A stretch of 64,000 nucleotides of DNA, from positions 89,771 through 153,770 of the forward strand of contig JBAZBR010000001.1 in NCBI GenBank assembly GCA_041671325.1, read 5' to 3'. A program made the position numbers and the translations under genes. A model generated the notes under the pieces. The model had not been told where the DNA came from, did not search any database, and saw only the letters and a program-made list of their open reading frames with translations. The stretch comes from Patescibacteria group bacterium (GTDB taxonomy: Bacteria; Patescibacteriota; Patescibacteriia; PEXW01). Positions 30,590 through 39,901 of this stretch are shown in pieces (position 1 is the stretch's first letter; every line of letters starts with the position of its first letter).

Positions 30590-31135
30590 ATGCCAAAACA
30601 AACAGTCCAATATGGCCGTAAATGGTATGTCTTGCACACCTATTCTGGCTATGAGGAAAATGTCTCCAGGAATTTAAGGCAAAGAATCGAATCCATGGAC
30701 ATGCAAGACAAGATTTTTAACGTCCTCATTCCAACCGAGAACAAGATCAAGATCAAGAACGGCAAGCGCCGGGTCGTCACCGAAAAGATTTTTCCTGGTT
30801 ATGTTTTGGTGGAAATGATCGTTACGGATGATTCTTGGTATGTTATCCGTAATACCCCCAATGTCACTGGTTTTGTCGGCACCGGCACTACGCCTACGCC
30901 AATATCAGATGAAGAGGTTAAGGAAATGCAAAGGCGCATGGGTGTGGCTGAACCGAAATTCAAGATTGATGTAATGGTTGGCACACCAGTTAAGATCACT
31001 GATGGTCCATTCAAGGAATTTGAAGGCAAGGTTGCCGAAATTGACGAAGCTCGTGGAAAAGTTAAAGTATTAGTCTCCATGTTTGGACGGGAAACACCGG
31101 TGGAACTAGACTTCTTGCAAATTAAGAAAATTTAA
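30590..31135 (+). CDS. nusG: Transcription termination/antitermination factor NusG
   Basis: NGN domain (WYVLHTYSGYE) and C-terminal KOW (GTPVKITDGPFKEFEGKV). Confidence 0.9.
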   Translation: MPKQTVQYGRKWYVLHTYSGYEENVSRNLRQRIESMDMQDKIFNVLIPTENKIKIKNGKRRVVTEKIFPGYVLVEMIVTDDSWYVIRNTPNVTGFVGTGTTPTPISDEEVKEMQRRMGVAEPKFKIDVMVGTPVKITDGPFKEFEGKVAEIDEARGKVKVLVSMFGRETPVELDFLQIKKI

Positions 31136-31138
31136 AGT

Positions 31139-31256
31139 TACGAAATACGAAAAAAGATACGAATTTACGAATTACGAATTCGTAAATTCCAACCCAAAAC
31201 TTAGTCTTATAATTCGTATTTTGTACATTCGTAAAATTCGTTCGTAATTCGTAAAT
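31139..31256 (+). promoter_or_regulatory. Large imperfect palindrome built from about 10 TACGAAT/ATTCGTA heptamer repeats between nusG and rplK
   Basis: Left arm carries 5 copies of ACGAA(T). Right arm carries 5 copies of (A)TTCGT. Includes the perfect palindrome TACGAATTCGTA. Confidence 0.45.
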
Positions 31257-31262
31257 AATATT

Positions 31263-31688
31263 ATGGCTAAAAAAATTAAGACAGTCGTTAAACTCCAAAT
31301 TACTGGCGGCCAGGCTAATCCAGCGCCTCCAGTCGGTACGGCTTTAGGGCCCCATGGTTTGAATTTGGCTGAGTTCTGCAAAAAATTCAATGAAGCTACC
31401 AAAGACCGGATGGGCGAAGTTACTCCGGCGGAAATTACAATTTATGAAGATCGGACTTATGAATTTATCCTTAAAACTCCGCCAGCCGCGGAATTGCTGA
31501 AAAAAGCCGCTAAGATTGAAAAGGGCTCAGGCAAGCCTTTGCAGGAAAAAGTCGGCAAAGTGACGAAAGCGCAAATTAAGGAAATTGCGGAAAAGAAAAT
31601 GCCAGATTTGAATGCTAAAGACTTGGCGGGCGCCATGCGAATTGTCGAAGGCACTGCCCGCAATATGGGTATCACTATTGAAAAATAA
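31263..31688 (+). CDS. rplK: 50S ribosomal protein L11
   Basis: Canonical L11 N-terminus ([23 protein letters not shown]). Confidence 0.95.
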   Translation: MAKKIKTVVKLQITGGQANPAPPVGTALGPHGLNLAEFCKKFNEATKDRMGEVTPAEITIYEDRTYEFILKTPPAAELLKKAAKIEKGSGKPLQEKVGKVTKAQIKEIAEKKMPDLNAKDLAGAMRIVEGTARNMGITIEK

Positions 31689-31692
31689 AGAT

Positions 31693-32568
31693 ATGCAACA
31701 ACCCCCCAGTACAATTCGAAGCATTTATTTCTACTTAGTCTCATTAATTGCTTTAGGTTTTATAGTGGGGTCCAGTGTTTATCTTTTGAATTACGCGGCT
31801 AAAGCAGGCGTTTTCAAGAATGCAGATTTTACTTATCGGGGCACACCTCCAGGAATTTTTGCAGTTTCGCCAAAGATTGACTCGGCTAGCCCTGCTTTTG
31901 CTGTCACTTGCCAAGACAAATGTTCACTCACTGACTCAGACCGGCTTAGCATTTCTGACTGGCAGCAAAATTATAAAGCTTGGCGTGAACAGCCTTCAGC
32001 CAAGACCAACCGGGCTAGGGGATTAGTGAACGCCTTATCCTTTCTGGTTGTTGCCTTGCCGATTTTTTTCTTTCATTTTCGGACCGCCCAAAAAGATTAT
32101 AAACAGGCAAATGATTCGGCAAATGGCGAATCCGTAAGCCGGGGTTCAAAGACCTTGCGTTCGATATATTTTTATCTGGTTGCTTTAGCGGCGGTGGTAA
32201 TGTTCATAATTTCCGCAGGTGTGACAATCAATACGGTTTTGAAAACCTGGGTCGTTAAAGATGCAAATACTAAATCCTCAGCAAGTACGCCGGTCAAATT
32301 GCCTGGAACGCCAGCAACTACCGATACCCAGGGCGTCAGTTCATTGTTGGCCTGCGCGGATAAATGCAGTCTTTCAGCCGAAGTCAAACAGGAATTACAA
32401 AATTGGCAAACGGATTATACCCAAGCCCAAACCGAGCTTGATAACCAAAACAAGAATGATTGGCAAAGGACCTTAGCCACTTCAATGCCTTTCCTTTTAG
32501 TCAGTATTCCATTATTCTGGTTGCACTGGCTGGTCATTCAAAAAGACCGGAAAAAACAAATAAGTTAA
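31693..32568 (+). CDS. Hypothetical membrane protein with internal duplication, inserted between rplK and rplA
   Basis: Two homologous halves, each of the form (I/L)RSIYFYLV-TM ... C(Q/A)DKCSL ... W-TM. The ORF track starts at 31612 but that overlaps rplK, so ATG 31693 is the more likely start. Confidence 0.5.
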   Translation: MQQPPSTIRSIYFYLVSLIALGFIVGSSVYLLNYAAKAGVFKNADFTYRGTPPGIFAVSPKIDSASPAFAVTCQDKCSLTDSDRLSISDWQQNYKAWREQPSAKTNRARGLVNALSFLVVALPIFFFHFRTAQKDYKQANDSANGESVSRGSKTLRSIYFYLVALAAVVMFIISAGVTINTVLKTWVVKDANTKSSASTPVKLPGTPATTDTQGVSSLLACADKCSLSAEVKQELQNWQTDYTQAQTELDNQNKNDWQRTLATSMPFLLVSIPLFWLHWLVIQKDRKKQIS

Positions 32569-32652
32569 ATTTTAATCATTAATTAGGCGGGAGAGTCGTT
32601 AGTCACGATTCGCAATCCCTTTATCAAGGGGGCCACCGCGGAAATTAAACCT

Positions 32653-33336
32653 ATGATAAAACGTTCAAAGCGTTATAAAGAAGCTGCCAAGCTTATTGAT
32701 AAGAGCAAGTCTTATCCTTTAGCCGAAGCAGTGGCTTTAGCAAAAAAGACTGCAAACACCAAGTTTGTGGGCAGTTTGGAATTGCACTTGAAATTGGGCA
32801 TTGATCCCAAGAAGGCCGAACAGTTAGTCAGGGGCTCGGTGAATTTGCCGCATGGCACGGGCAAGTCCAAGAAAGTCGTGGTTTTTGCGACTGGCCCAGC
32901 CGCCACTGCCGCGGAAAAAGCCGGAGCTGCCAGGGTCGGCGGCGAAGAGCTGATTAAAGAAATCAGGGAAAAGGGCGGCTTGGATGCGGATGTGGTTGTG
33001 GCCACGCCAGACATGATGAAGCATTTAAGCACGGTGGCTAAAATTTTGGGTCCCAGGGGCTTGATGCCAAACCCAAAAAATGAGACCATCACGCCTGATG
33101 TGGCTAAAGCTGTGAAGGAATTATCAGGCGGCAAGGTGACCTTTAGGAACGATGAATCCGGCAATTTGCACCAAGTCATTGGCAAACAGGGATTTGAAGA
33201 CAAAGCCTTGGTTGAGAATGCGGAAAGTTATTTAGAGGCGGTCAAAAGGGTAAAACCGGCAGCAATTAAAGGCACTTATATCCAATCTTTGACCCTGAGT
33301 TCTTCCATGGGGCCGGGGATTAAAGTTCAAATCTAA
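32653..33336 (+). CDS. rplA: 50S ribosomal protein L1
   Basis: L1 signature regions (KFVGSLELHLKLGIDP, VVATPDMM). Confidence 0.9.
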   Translation: MIKRSKRYKEAAKLIDKSKSYPLAEAVALAKKTANTKFVGSLELHLKLGIDPKKAEQLVRGSVNLPHGTGKSKKVVVFATGPAATAAEKAGAARVGGEELIKEIREKGGLDADVVVATPDMMKHLSTVAKILGPRGLMPNPKNETITPDVAKAVKELSGGKVTFRNDESGNLHQVIGKQGFEDKALVENAESYLEAVKRVKPAAIKGTYIQSLTLSSSMGPGIKVQI

Positions 33337-33348
33337 CCGTTCAAAACC

Positions 33349-33828
33349 ATGAATAAAAGAGAAAATTATTTATCTTGGGATGAGTGTTTCATGTTAATGG
33401 CGGAATTGATCGCCCAGCGCTCCAAAGACCCCAATACCCAGGCTGGCTCGGTTATCGTCAATGAAAATAATATCATAGTTGGTTTGGGTTATAACGGTTT
33501 TCCACGCAGTACCAGCGATGATGAATTGCCTTGGGCCAGGGAAGGGGATTTTTTAGAGACGAAATATGCTTACGTGGTCCATGCTGAAGAAAATGCCATT
33601 TATAACGCCAATAAATCGACCCATGGCTGCAAAATGTACGCCACGCTTTTCCCTTGCAATGAATGCGTTAAAGCCATAATCCAAAACGGCATTAAGGAAG
33701 TGATTTTTGCTTCAGATAAATATCATGATGAAAACATCTGGATTGCAGCCAGGAAAATGCTGGATATGGCTGGAGTGAAATACCGCCAATATACCCCTCA
33801 AAATAAATTAAAACTTGAAAAGTCATGA
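33349..33828 (+). CDS. dCMP deaminase (cytidine/deoxycytidylate deaminase family)
   Basis: Zinc motifs HAEENAI and PCNECVKAI. Confidence 0.8.
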   Translation: MNKRENYLSWDECFMLMAELIAQRSKDPNTQAGSVIVNENNIIVGLGYNGFPRSTSDDELPWAREGDFLETKYAYVVHAEENAIYNANKSTHGCKMYATLFPCNECVKAIIQNGIKEVIFASDKYHDENIWIAARKMLDMAGVKYRQYTPQNKLKLEKS

Positions 33829-34385
33829 TAATTGGTTTGACTGGCCTGCTAGGCGCAGGCAAAGGCACGGCAACCGAATATATCGCGAAGAAGTATGGAG
33901 CGGTGACCAAGAAGTTTTCAGATCCGATCCGGGATATCATTAAGCGCTTGTACCAGCCCATTACCCGCGAACACATGCAAAGCTTGGGCAAGTATTTGCG
34001 TTCAGAATTTAATAATAATAATATTTTTGCGGAAACCCTGCTTAATGATGTCAGCCAGTCTGACCAGAAACTTATCGTCTTGGAAGGTTTTCGCCATAAA
34101 GATGAATACCAGCTTTTTCGAAAACGTGATGATTTTATTTTTGTGGCTGTGGAAGCCAGCTTGGAAAAGCGCTTTGAAAGAGTCAAACTACGTCCGGAAA
34201 ACGTTGGCGACCAAAATTTAACTTTGGAGCATTTCAAGCTCCAGCATGAATTTGAAACTGAGCAGGCAATTCCCAGCCTGATTACGCTGGCAGATTTCCG
34301 TTTGGACAATAACGGCACCCCGGAAGAATTAATTAAACAAATTGATGAATTAATGAAAAAACTTGGCCATGAAATTCAAAGTTAA
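33825..34385 (+). CDS. P-loop kinase resembling phage T4 gp1 deoxynucleoside monophosphate kinase
   Basis: GLLGAGKGTATEYIAKKYGAV...PIRDII parallels T4 gp1 SGVKRSGKDTTADFIMSNYSAV...PIKDAL. Sits between dCMP deaminase and dut. Confidence 0.5.
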   Translation: MIIGLTGLLGAGKGTATEYIAKKYGAVTKKFSDPIRDIIKRLYQPITREHMQSLGKYLRSEFNNNNIFAETLLNDVSQSDQKLIVLEGFRHKDEYQLFRKRDDFIFVAVEASLEKRFERVKLRPENVGDQNLTLEHFKLQHEFETEQAIPSLITLADFRLDNNGTPEELIKQIDELMKKLGHEIQS

Positions 34386-34791
34386 GATTTTAAATCCAGA
34401 AGCACTACCGCCTAAATATGCGCATGAAGGTGATGCGGGTTTGGATGTTTTTTCTTGCGAAGATCATGTTTTGCAGCCTGGGGAAAGGTATTTGTTTAAG
34501 CTTGGATTTAGCGCGGAATTTGAACCAGGTTATGTATGTCTGGTCTGGGATCGGTCAGGCTTGGCCGCTAAGCAAGGACTGACCAACCTGGCTGGGGTAA
34601 TTGACGCCAGCTATCGTGGTGAATATGGCATAGTGGTATTAAACACCTCCCAAGAAGCAGTAGAAATAAAAAAAGGGGAGAGGATTGCCCAAATGTTAAT
34701 TCAACCCGTCCAAAGCGTTCAAGTTGAAGTGGTGCAGGAATTATCAGACTCCCAAAGAAGCCAAGGCGGTTTTGGAAGCACGGGGAAGTAA
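34363..34791 (+). CDS. dut: dUTP diphosphatase
   Basis: Conserved motifs AGLDV, RSGLA, GVIDASYRGE, GERIAQM. C-terminal GGFGSTG. Confidence 0.9.
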   Translation: MAMKFKVKILNPEALPPKYAHEGDAGLDVFSCEDHVLQPGERYLFKLGFSAEFEPGYVCLVWDRSGLAAKQGLTNLAGVIDASYRGEYGIVVLNTSQEAVEIKKGERIAQMLIQPVQSVQVEVVQELSDSQRSQGGFGSTGK

Positions 34792-34795
34792 TCAT

Positions 34796-34843
34796 CTGTC
34801 ATTGCGAGCGACCCCGCGGCCGCGGGGGAGCGCGGCAATCTCC
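34796..34843. repeat. Copy 3 (partial) of CTGTCATTGCGAGCGA... dispersed repeat
   Basis: CTGTCATTGCGAGCGACCCCGCGGCCGCGGGGGAGCGCGGCAATCTCC shares the 5' core and the GAGCGCGGCAATCTCC box with copy 1. Confidence 0.5.
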
Positions 34844-34996
34844 TAATCTGTTTATATTTATAAAGACCCCTCACCCCTTCGGGGTTCAGGATGGGCATAT
34901 TTGGTTTTGACTTTTTTCTCGGGTTAAATTAAGGTGGAAGCAGCAAATTTTTAGATGGTCGTTTGAAAACCTAAGCCTTTTTCAAGGAGAAGAGTA

Positions 34997-35896
34997 ATGA
35001 CAGCCGCGGAAATTGGGTTTCGGAAGCGTTTAGCCGCTCAACAGATAAGCAAGGAAACTTTAGTTTGTGTTGGTTTGGATCCTATGCCGGAAAAATTGCC
35101 TGTTTGTTTTTCAACTTCATCCAATCAATTATTAGCGCAGAAGGTAGCTACCTGGATGAAGGATATTGTTTTTGTTACAGCGCATTTTGGTTGCATGTTC
35201 AAGCTGCAAAGCGCGCACTGGGAAGCCATTCCCGGGGGACGCGAAGCCATGCAAGAAGTAATTCAATTTATCAAAAAAGAATTTCCCTATATGCCTGTGT
35301 TTTTGGATTGTAAGCGGGGAGATATCGGTCGAACCCAAGAGCGATATCGAGTGGCGCATTTTAATCTAGATGGTGTTGATGGCATGAACTTTTCGCCCTA
35401 TATGGGCAAAGACTGCATGGAGTTCTTGGTCGACAAGAGCTATCCAGGCCGGGCGATTGTTGGCCTATGCTACACCAGCAATCCTTCAGCCCGGGAAGTG
35501 CAGAATTTGCTTATTGACAACCGTATGCCGTTGTGGGAAGTCATCGCTATCATGACTTTTCAATGGGCCAAAGATCTTGGCATTCTTGAAAACGCCGGTC
35601 TGGTCATGGCCGCGGCTTATGAAGAGCCCAAAGGCTCTGGGCACATTTACGACAGGCACTTGATTCGTTGCCGGGAGATAGTTGGCGACAAGCTCTGGTT
35701 CCTGATTCCAGGCATTGGTAACCAAGGCGGGTTCATTGAACAAACAGTCAAAGCTGCTTATATAGGTCCAGGTTCAATTGCAATCAACTCTTCTTCGGAT
35801 ATAATCTTTGCCAGTACTGGCGAAGATTATGCCCAGGCCGCGGTTAATAAAGCCAAAGCCTTGCGTGACGCAATACGGGCAACGATGCCTAAATGA
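34997..35896 (+). CDS. pyrF: Orotidine 5'-phosphate decarboxylase (long/type 2 form)
   Basis: LVCVGLDP motif plus a conserved D...K region. Length and pattern match type-2 OMP decarboxylases. Confidence 0.65.
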   Translation: MTAAEIGFRKRLAAQQISKETLVCVGLDPMPEKLPVCFSTSSNQLLAQKVATWMKDIVFVTAHFGCMFKLQSAHWEAIPGGREAMQEVIQFIKKEFPYMPVFLDCKRGDIGRTQERYRVAHFNLDGVDGMNFSPYMGKDCMEFLVDKSYPGRAIVGLCYTSNPSAREVQNLLIDNRMPLWEVIAIMTFQWAKDLGILENAGLVMAAAYEEPKGSGHIYDRHLIRCREIVGDKLWFLIPGIGNQGGFIEQTVKAAYIGPGSIAINSSSDIIFASTGEDYAQAAVNKAKALRDAIRATMPK

Positions 35897-35944
35897 AAAT
35901 CACCGAAGAAATATCGGCTGTTTTACAATAAAGGAGGCAATACC

Positions 35945-36727
35945 GTGAAATGTGACGTTTGTAAGGGAAAAGGCCAGAAATATGTCGTTGACAGAGTTGT
36001 CCAAGGACAAGATTACGGTCCATCAACAGAAGGGCACCATGAGAGATGCTGGAAGTGCAATGGCGAAGGAGAGATCCCACCGTTCACCATGAACGAACAA
36101 GAAGTTCTGGAAGTTCTTGGTAAAGTTGCGGCGGTAATTACCAACAGCCACATTGTCTATACCTCTGGCAAACACGGCTCGGTTTATGTTAACAAGGATG
36201 CGATATATCCGCATACTAAGGAAACATCAAAGTTATGCCGTGCAATTGCCCAACAGTTTACTGACAAAGGCGTGGAGTTGGTGATCTCTCCAGCAGTCGG
36301 CGGCGTCATCCTTTCGCAATGGACGGCGTATCACCTCACCATGTTGACAGGAACTGAAGTCATGGGCGTGTATGCCGATAAAGCCAGCGAAAGCGATGAT
36401 TTTATCATCAAACGCGGATATGACAAGCTGATTGCCGGCAAGCGAGTGCTGGTGGTAGAAGATGTTTTAACCACCGGCGGCTCCGTGAAAAGAGTCGTAG
36501 AAGCAGTTCGTGCCTTCGGCGGAAATGTCATCGGGGTTGGCGCGCTGTGCAACCGCGGCGGTATTATGCTAAAGGACATTGGTAATGTGCCAGAGCTTTA
36601 CGCCCTGGTTAACGTTAATCTTGAAGCCTGGGACGAGGCAGATTGTCCGCTTTGTAAACAAGGTGTGCCCATCAGTACCGATGTCGGCAAAGGCAGGGAA
36701 TTCCTTGCCCGGAAACAAGTTCCTTAA
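35945..36727 (+). CDS. pyrE: Orotate phosphoribosyltransferase with N-terminal double CxxC zinc-ribbon extension
   Basis: Type I PRTase motif VLVVEDVLTTGGS. N-terminal CDVCKGKG...CWKCNGEG. Adjacent to pyrF. Confidence 0.6.
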   Translation: MKCDVCKGKGQKYVVDRVVQGQDYGPSTEGHHERCWKCNGEGEIPPFTMNEQEVLEVLGKVAAVITNSHIVYTSGKHGSVYVNKDAIYPHTKETSKLCRAIAQQFTDKGVELVISPAVGGVILSQWTAYHLTMLTGTEVMGVYADKASESDDFIIKRGYDKLIAGKRVLVVEDVLTTGGSVKRVVEAVRAFGGNVIGVGALCNRGGIMLKDIGNVPELYALVNVNLEAWDEADCPLCKQGVPISTDVGKGREFLARKQVP

Positions 36728-36826
36728 GCTTTCGATCGCTAAAAAGCGGCTAGGTCTGAAATATTGACCCAGGCCGCTTTTTTATTGTCTTGCCAGCTTT
36801 CTTATAGTTTAGTAAAGTATGCGCAC

Positions 36827-38407
36827 ATGGGCAGCATAGAAACTAATGATCGAGAGATATTTGCCATAACTGGCTTGGCGCCAGAAGTGCTGGCCGTGGG
36901 CATGGCCAAATATTCCCGCTCCCAAGCTTCCATCAAGGAAACCATTGCGGAATTGACCGAAGAAAAATCCGCGGAATTCCACGAGAAGTGGGTTTTGGGT
37001 TATGGCGACGCTTCCGTGGCTGATATGGCCGTGGTGGCTTTGGCTTGTGAAAATGTCTCAATTTTGGCCAGCAAAGCCATTGAAGACCATCGCTTGGCTT
37101 CTTATCAGGAGAAATCCACACGTTATGTTTCTTTTGAACGCCAAGCTTTACCTGATGGCACCAAATTGCCCAGGCGCTATTACCGGCCAGTGCCAATCAT
37201 GTCGTCGGTTCACACTGGGCTATATGAAGATACTTGCGAGAAAATGTTTGATGCCTATAACGACCTGACTGACTTGATGCAGGAGTTTTATAAAAATAAA
37301 TATCCGCTTATAGCTGACATGACGGAAAAAGGTTATACAGCCAAACTCAAGGCTCGGTCTTTGGATATTGCCCGCTATGTTTTGCCAGCTTCCACTTTAA
37401 CAAATCTTGGCTGGATAACTTCTGCTAGGAGTTTGCGTCGGGCAATTTTTAAAATGAAGCAGAATGATTTGGATGAAATCCGACAAATCGCCCATGAAGT
37501 GGAAGAGGCAGCCACTGAACCAGCACATAATCCCCAAGCTTTGAAAGTCGATGAATTTTTAAAAGAAGGCGAACAAAACCCAGATCCAAAAATCCAGGAG
37601 CTCATGGCCAAAATTCGCGCTTCGATAAATTTGCAAGTCAAAGGTGCGCCAACTCTGATTAAGTACACAGATCCCACGCCTTACAATCGGGAAGCCCGTC
37701 ATCGGATGCAAGAACTGGCAATTAAATATCTGGGTGATTTGCACGTTTTGGCAGATGAAGCGCGAGTCAAATTCCACCCCAGCCAAAATTTGGAAATTGA
37801 CCTGGCTACCACATTGCTTTATGAAGTGACGCATTTTTCTTTTGGCCAAATTAGAGAAGTGATTGAAAGCTTGAGTCCAGCCGAACGCCAAGAAATTATT
37901 GAAGCCGCTACCACTGATCGGGGCGACCATGACGTGGTGGGCCGGGCTTTTGAAGCCGGCGGTTTGATTTTTGACACCCTAATGGACTTTGGCGCTTTCC
38001 GGGACTTGCAAAGGCATAGAATCTGTACGCAAATCCACCAGCCCTTAACCCTAGAACACGGCTTTGAATCACCGCCTATGCCTATGGGCTTGGAAGAAGC
38101 AGGGGGATTAGATATTTTTGAAACTATTTGCCAGCAAGTTGCTGCCAGTTATCGGATTTTGTCCGCGGATTTTCCCCAAGAGGCCAGTTATATCTTGCCT
38201 TTGGCTACTAAAAAGCGAACGTTATTTTTCATGAATCCTAGGGAATTAACGCATATGGTTGAATTACGTTCACGTTCTGGCGGTCACTTGTCTTACCGAT
38301 ACATTGTCGAAGAAATGTATAATCAGGTTAAAGCGATTTATCCGAACTTGGCCAAGCACATCCGCATTTCGGAAATTGATTTTGCAAAAGATTTTTACAA
38401 GCGGTAA
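36827..38407 (+). CDS. thyX: Flavin-dependent thymidylate synthase ThyX, fused tandem (pseudo-dimeric) form
   Basis: Half 1: DHRLASYQEKSTRY and NARSL-like SARSL. Half 2: RHRICTQ and ILPL...FFMNPRE. Start moved to ATG 36827, because TTG 36764 lies inside the pyrE terminator. Confidence 0.7.
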   Translation: MGSIETNDREIFAITGLAPEVLAVGMAKYSRSQASIKETIAELTEEKSAEFHEKWVLGYGDASVADMAVVALACENVSILASKAIEDHRLASYQEKSTRYVSFERQALPDGTKLPRRYYRPVPIMSSVHTGLYEDTCEKMFDAYNDLTDLMQEFYKNKYPLIADMTEKGYTAKLKARSLDIARYVLPASTLTNLGWITSARSLRRAIFKMKQNDLDEIRQIAHEVEEAATEPAHNPQALKVDEFLKEGEQNPDPKIQELMAKIRASINLQVKGAPTLIKYTDPTPYNREARHRMQELAIKYLGDLHVLADEARVKFHPSQNLEIDLATTLLYEVTHFSFGQIREVIESLSPAERQEIIEAATTDRGDHDVVGRAFEAGGLIFDTLMDFGAFRDLQRHRICTQIHQPLTLEHGFESPPMPMGLEEAGGLDIFETICQQVAASYRILSADFPQEASYILPLATKKRTLFFMNPRELTHMVELRSRSGGHLSYRYIVEEMYNQVKAIYPNLAKHIRISEIDFAKDFYKR

Positions 38408-38476
38408 TTATTAATTTAAACATCAAAAACCCCCGATCGAAACCGAGGGTTTTTTTAGAAATGTGCGGGCAATTGT

Positions 38477-39064
38477 TTAGCCCAGAAGCTTGCCAATGCC
38501 ATAAGCGCCAAAAAAGTACAAGCAGACCCAGATAGCATGGCCGAGTAAAGCGTAAACGGTAAAAAGCACGGTTGTGGGTTTTTCCCTAAACCCGGCACGA
38601 TAATTGATATAACCAAGTCCGCCGGATTTCCAAAAGCGGCTGGTAAAAATCAGGAGGCCTTTTGACTTGGCTTGATTAAATCTGTCTCTGGCGGCCTCAA
38701 AGCCATTATTTCCAACGACGAAATTTGGTGTTTTTAGATTTCGGCCTAAGTAATAGGCAAAAAGAGATCCAGCGGTGGTTGCTATGACCAATATGGCAAA
38801 ATTCGGAATGCCATAAGTCGGCGAAATGATCCAAGCAAAACCCAGCAAGATCGGCGCGGGATTGGTTGGAACACCGGGAATTAAATTGCCGATTACGGCC
38901 AGAAGCATCAAAAACACAATGCCCCAGCCAGAAGCGGCGATTGTGGTTAAAGCATGCCGGAAATCAGGCCAAATAATAAGCAAGATTAGCCAAGGGATAT
39001 ACAGCCAAGAGCAGACCTTTGAGAATTTGTCCAAACCGCCCATATCCCGAGTGAAGAATTTCAT
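38477..39064 (-). CDS. DedA/TVP38-like membrane protein
   Basis: 195 aa, multi-TM, with a Gly/Pro-rich re-entrant-like segment NLIPGVPTNPAPILLG. Confidence 0.4.
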   Translation of the reverse strand: MKFFTRDMGGLDKFSKVCSWLYIPWLILLIIWPDFRHALTTIAASGWGIVFLMLLAVIGNLIPGVPTNPAPILLGFAWIISPTYGIPNFAILVIATTAGSLFAYYLGRNLKTPNFVVGNNGFEAARDRFNQAKSKGLLIFTSRFWKSGGLGYINYRAGFREKPTTVLFTVYALLGHAIWVCLYFFGAYGIGKLLG

Positions 39065-39178
39065 GATTAACCTCCGTTTGTTTTGATAATTATTCAGTTT
39101 TCAAGTTTTTGGTTTTCGGATAAGATTAACATTTAAAGGAATTTTGTCAATACCTTAGGGGACTGATAAAATAGGAGT

Positions 39179-39901
39179 ATGAAAAAAGGCGTATTCATTA
39201 TAGTTGATGGTTTGGATGGGTCGGGCAAGGGCACGGCCGTGGATGCTTATGGCGAATGGGCGCAAAAGCAGGGTCTGAAAATCTTTGATTTGCGGGAATA
39301 TTCCAAAAAACACCATGCATTGCCGGAACCGGAAGAATTAAGGACATATCAGATAATATTGTCTGGGGAGCCGACTTATGATGGGATTGGCCGGGCGATT
39401 CGGGAAGAATTCGTGAAGGAAAACAACCGGGAATATTCAGCTAAAGCTACGGCCGAAGCTTTTAGCTTGGATAGGTTGGTTTTGTATACCAAAGTCATTT
39501 TGCCAGCCTTAGAAATGGGTAAAATGGTCATTCAAGAAAGAGGCTTGACTACCTCGATTTGTTACCAGCCAATCCAGGGCAATATTGCCTTGAAAGAACT
39601 TTTAAAGTTGGAAGGCAACCAATTTACCTTAAAGCATCGGCCAGATTTATTATTAATCGTAGTTTGTCCGCCCAAGACCTGCATCCAGCGCTTGCAAAAA
39701 AGGTTAGGCAAACAAGACCAGGCAATTTTTGAAAAACTGGATTTTCTAAAAAAAGCTGATAAGCGTTTTCGAAGTCCTTGGTTTGCGGATATTTTCAGAA
39801 AACAGGGGAGCGTGGTAGGGTATTTGGACACTAACGACACTGTAGAAGAAACCAAGAAAGAGGCAATCGGTTACATCAATGATTTTCTTAAAAGATTATG
39901 A
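39179..39901 (+). CDS. tmk: Thymidylate kinase-like P-loop kinase
   Basis: P-loop IVDGLDGSGKGT resembles the Tmk GxDGSGKST motif. DRLVLY resembles the DRY region. Lies in the dTMP cluster. Confidence 0.55.
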   Translation: MKKGVFIIVDGLDGSGKGTAVDAYGEWAQKQGLKIFDLREYSKKHHALPEPEELRTYQIILSGEPTYDGIGRAIREEFVKENNREYSAKATAEAFSLDRLVLYTKVILPALEMGKMVIQERGLTTSICYQPIQGNIALKELLKLEGNQFTLKHRPDLLLIVVCPPKTCIQRLQKRLGKQDQAIFEKLDFLKKADKRFRSPWFADIFRKQGSVVGYLDTNDTVEETKKEAIGYINDFLKRL

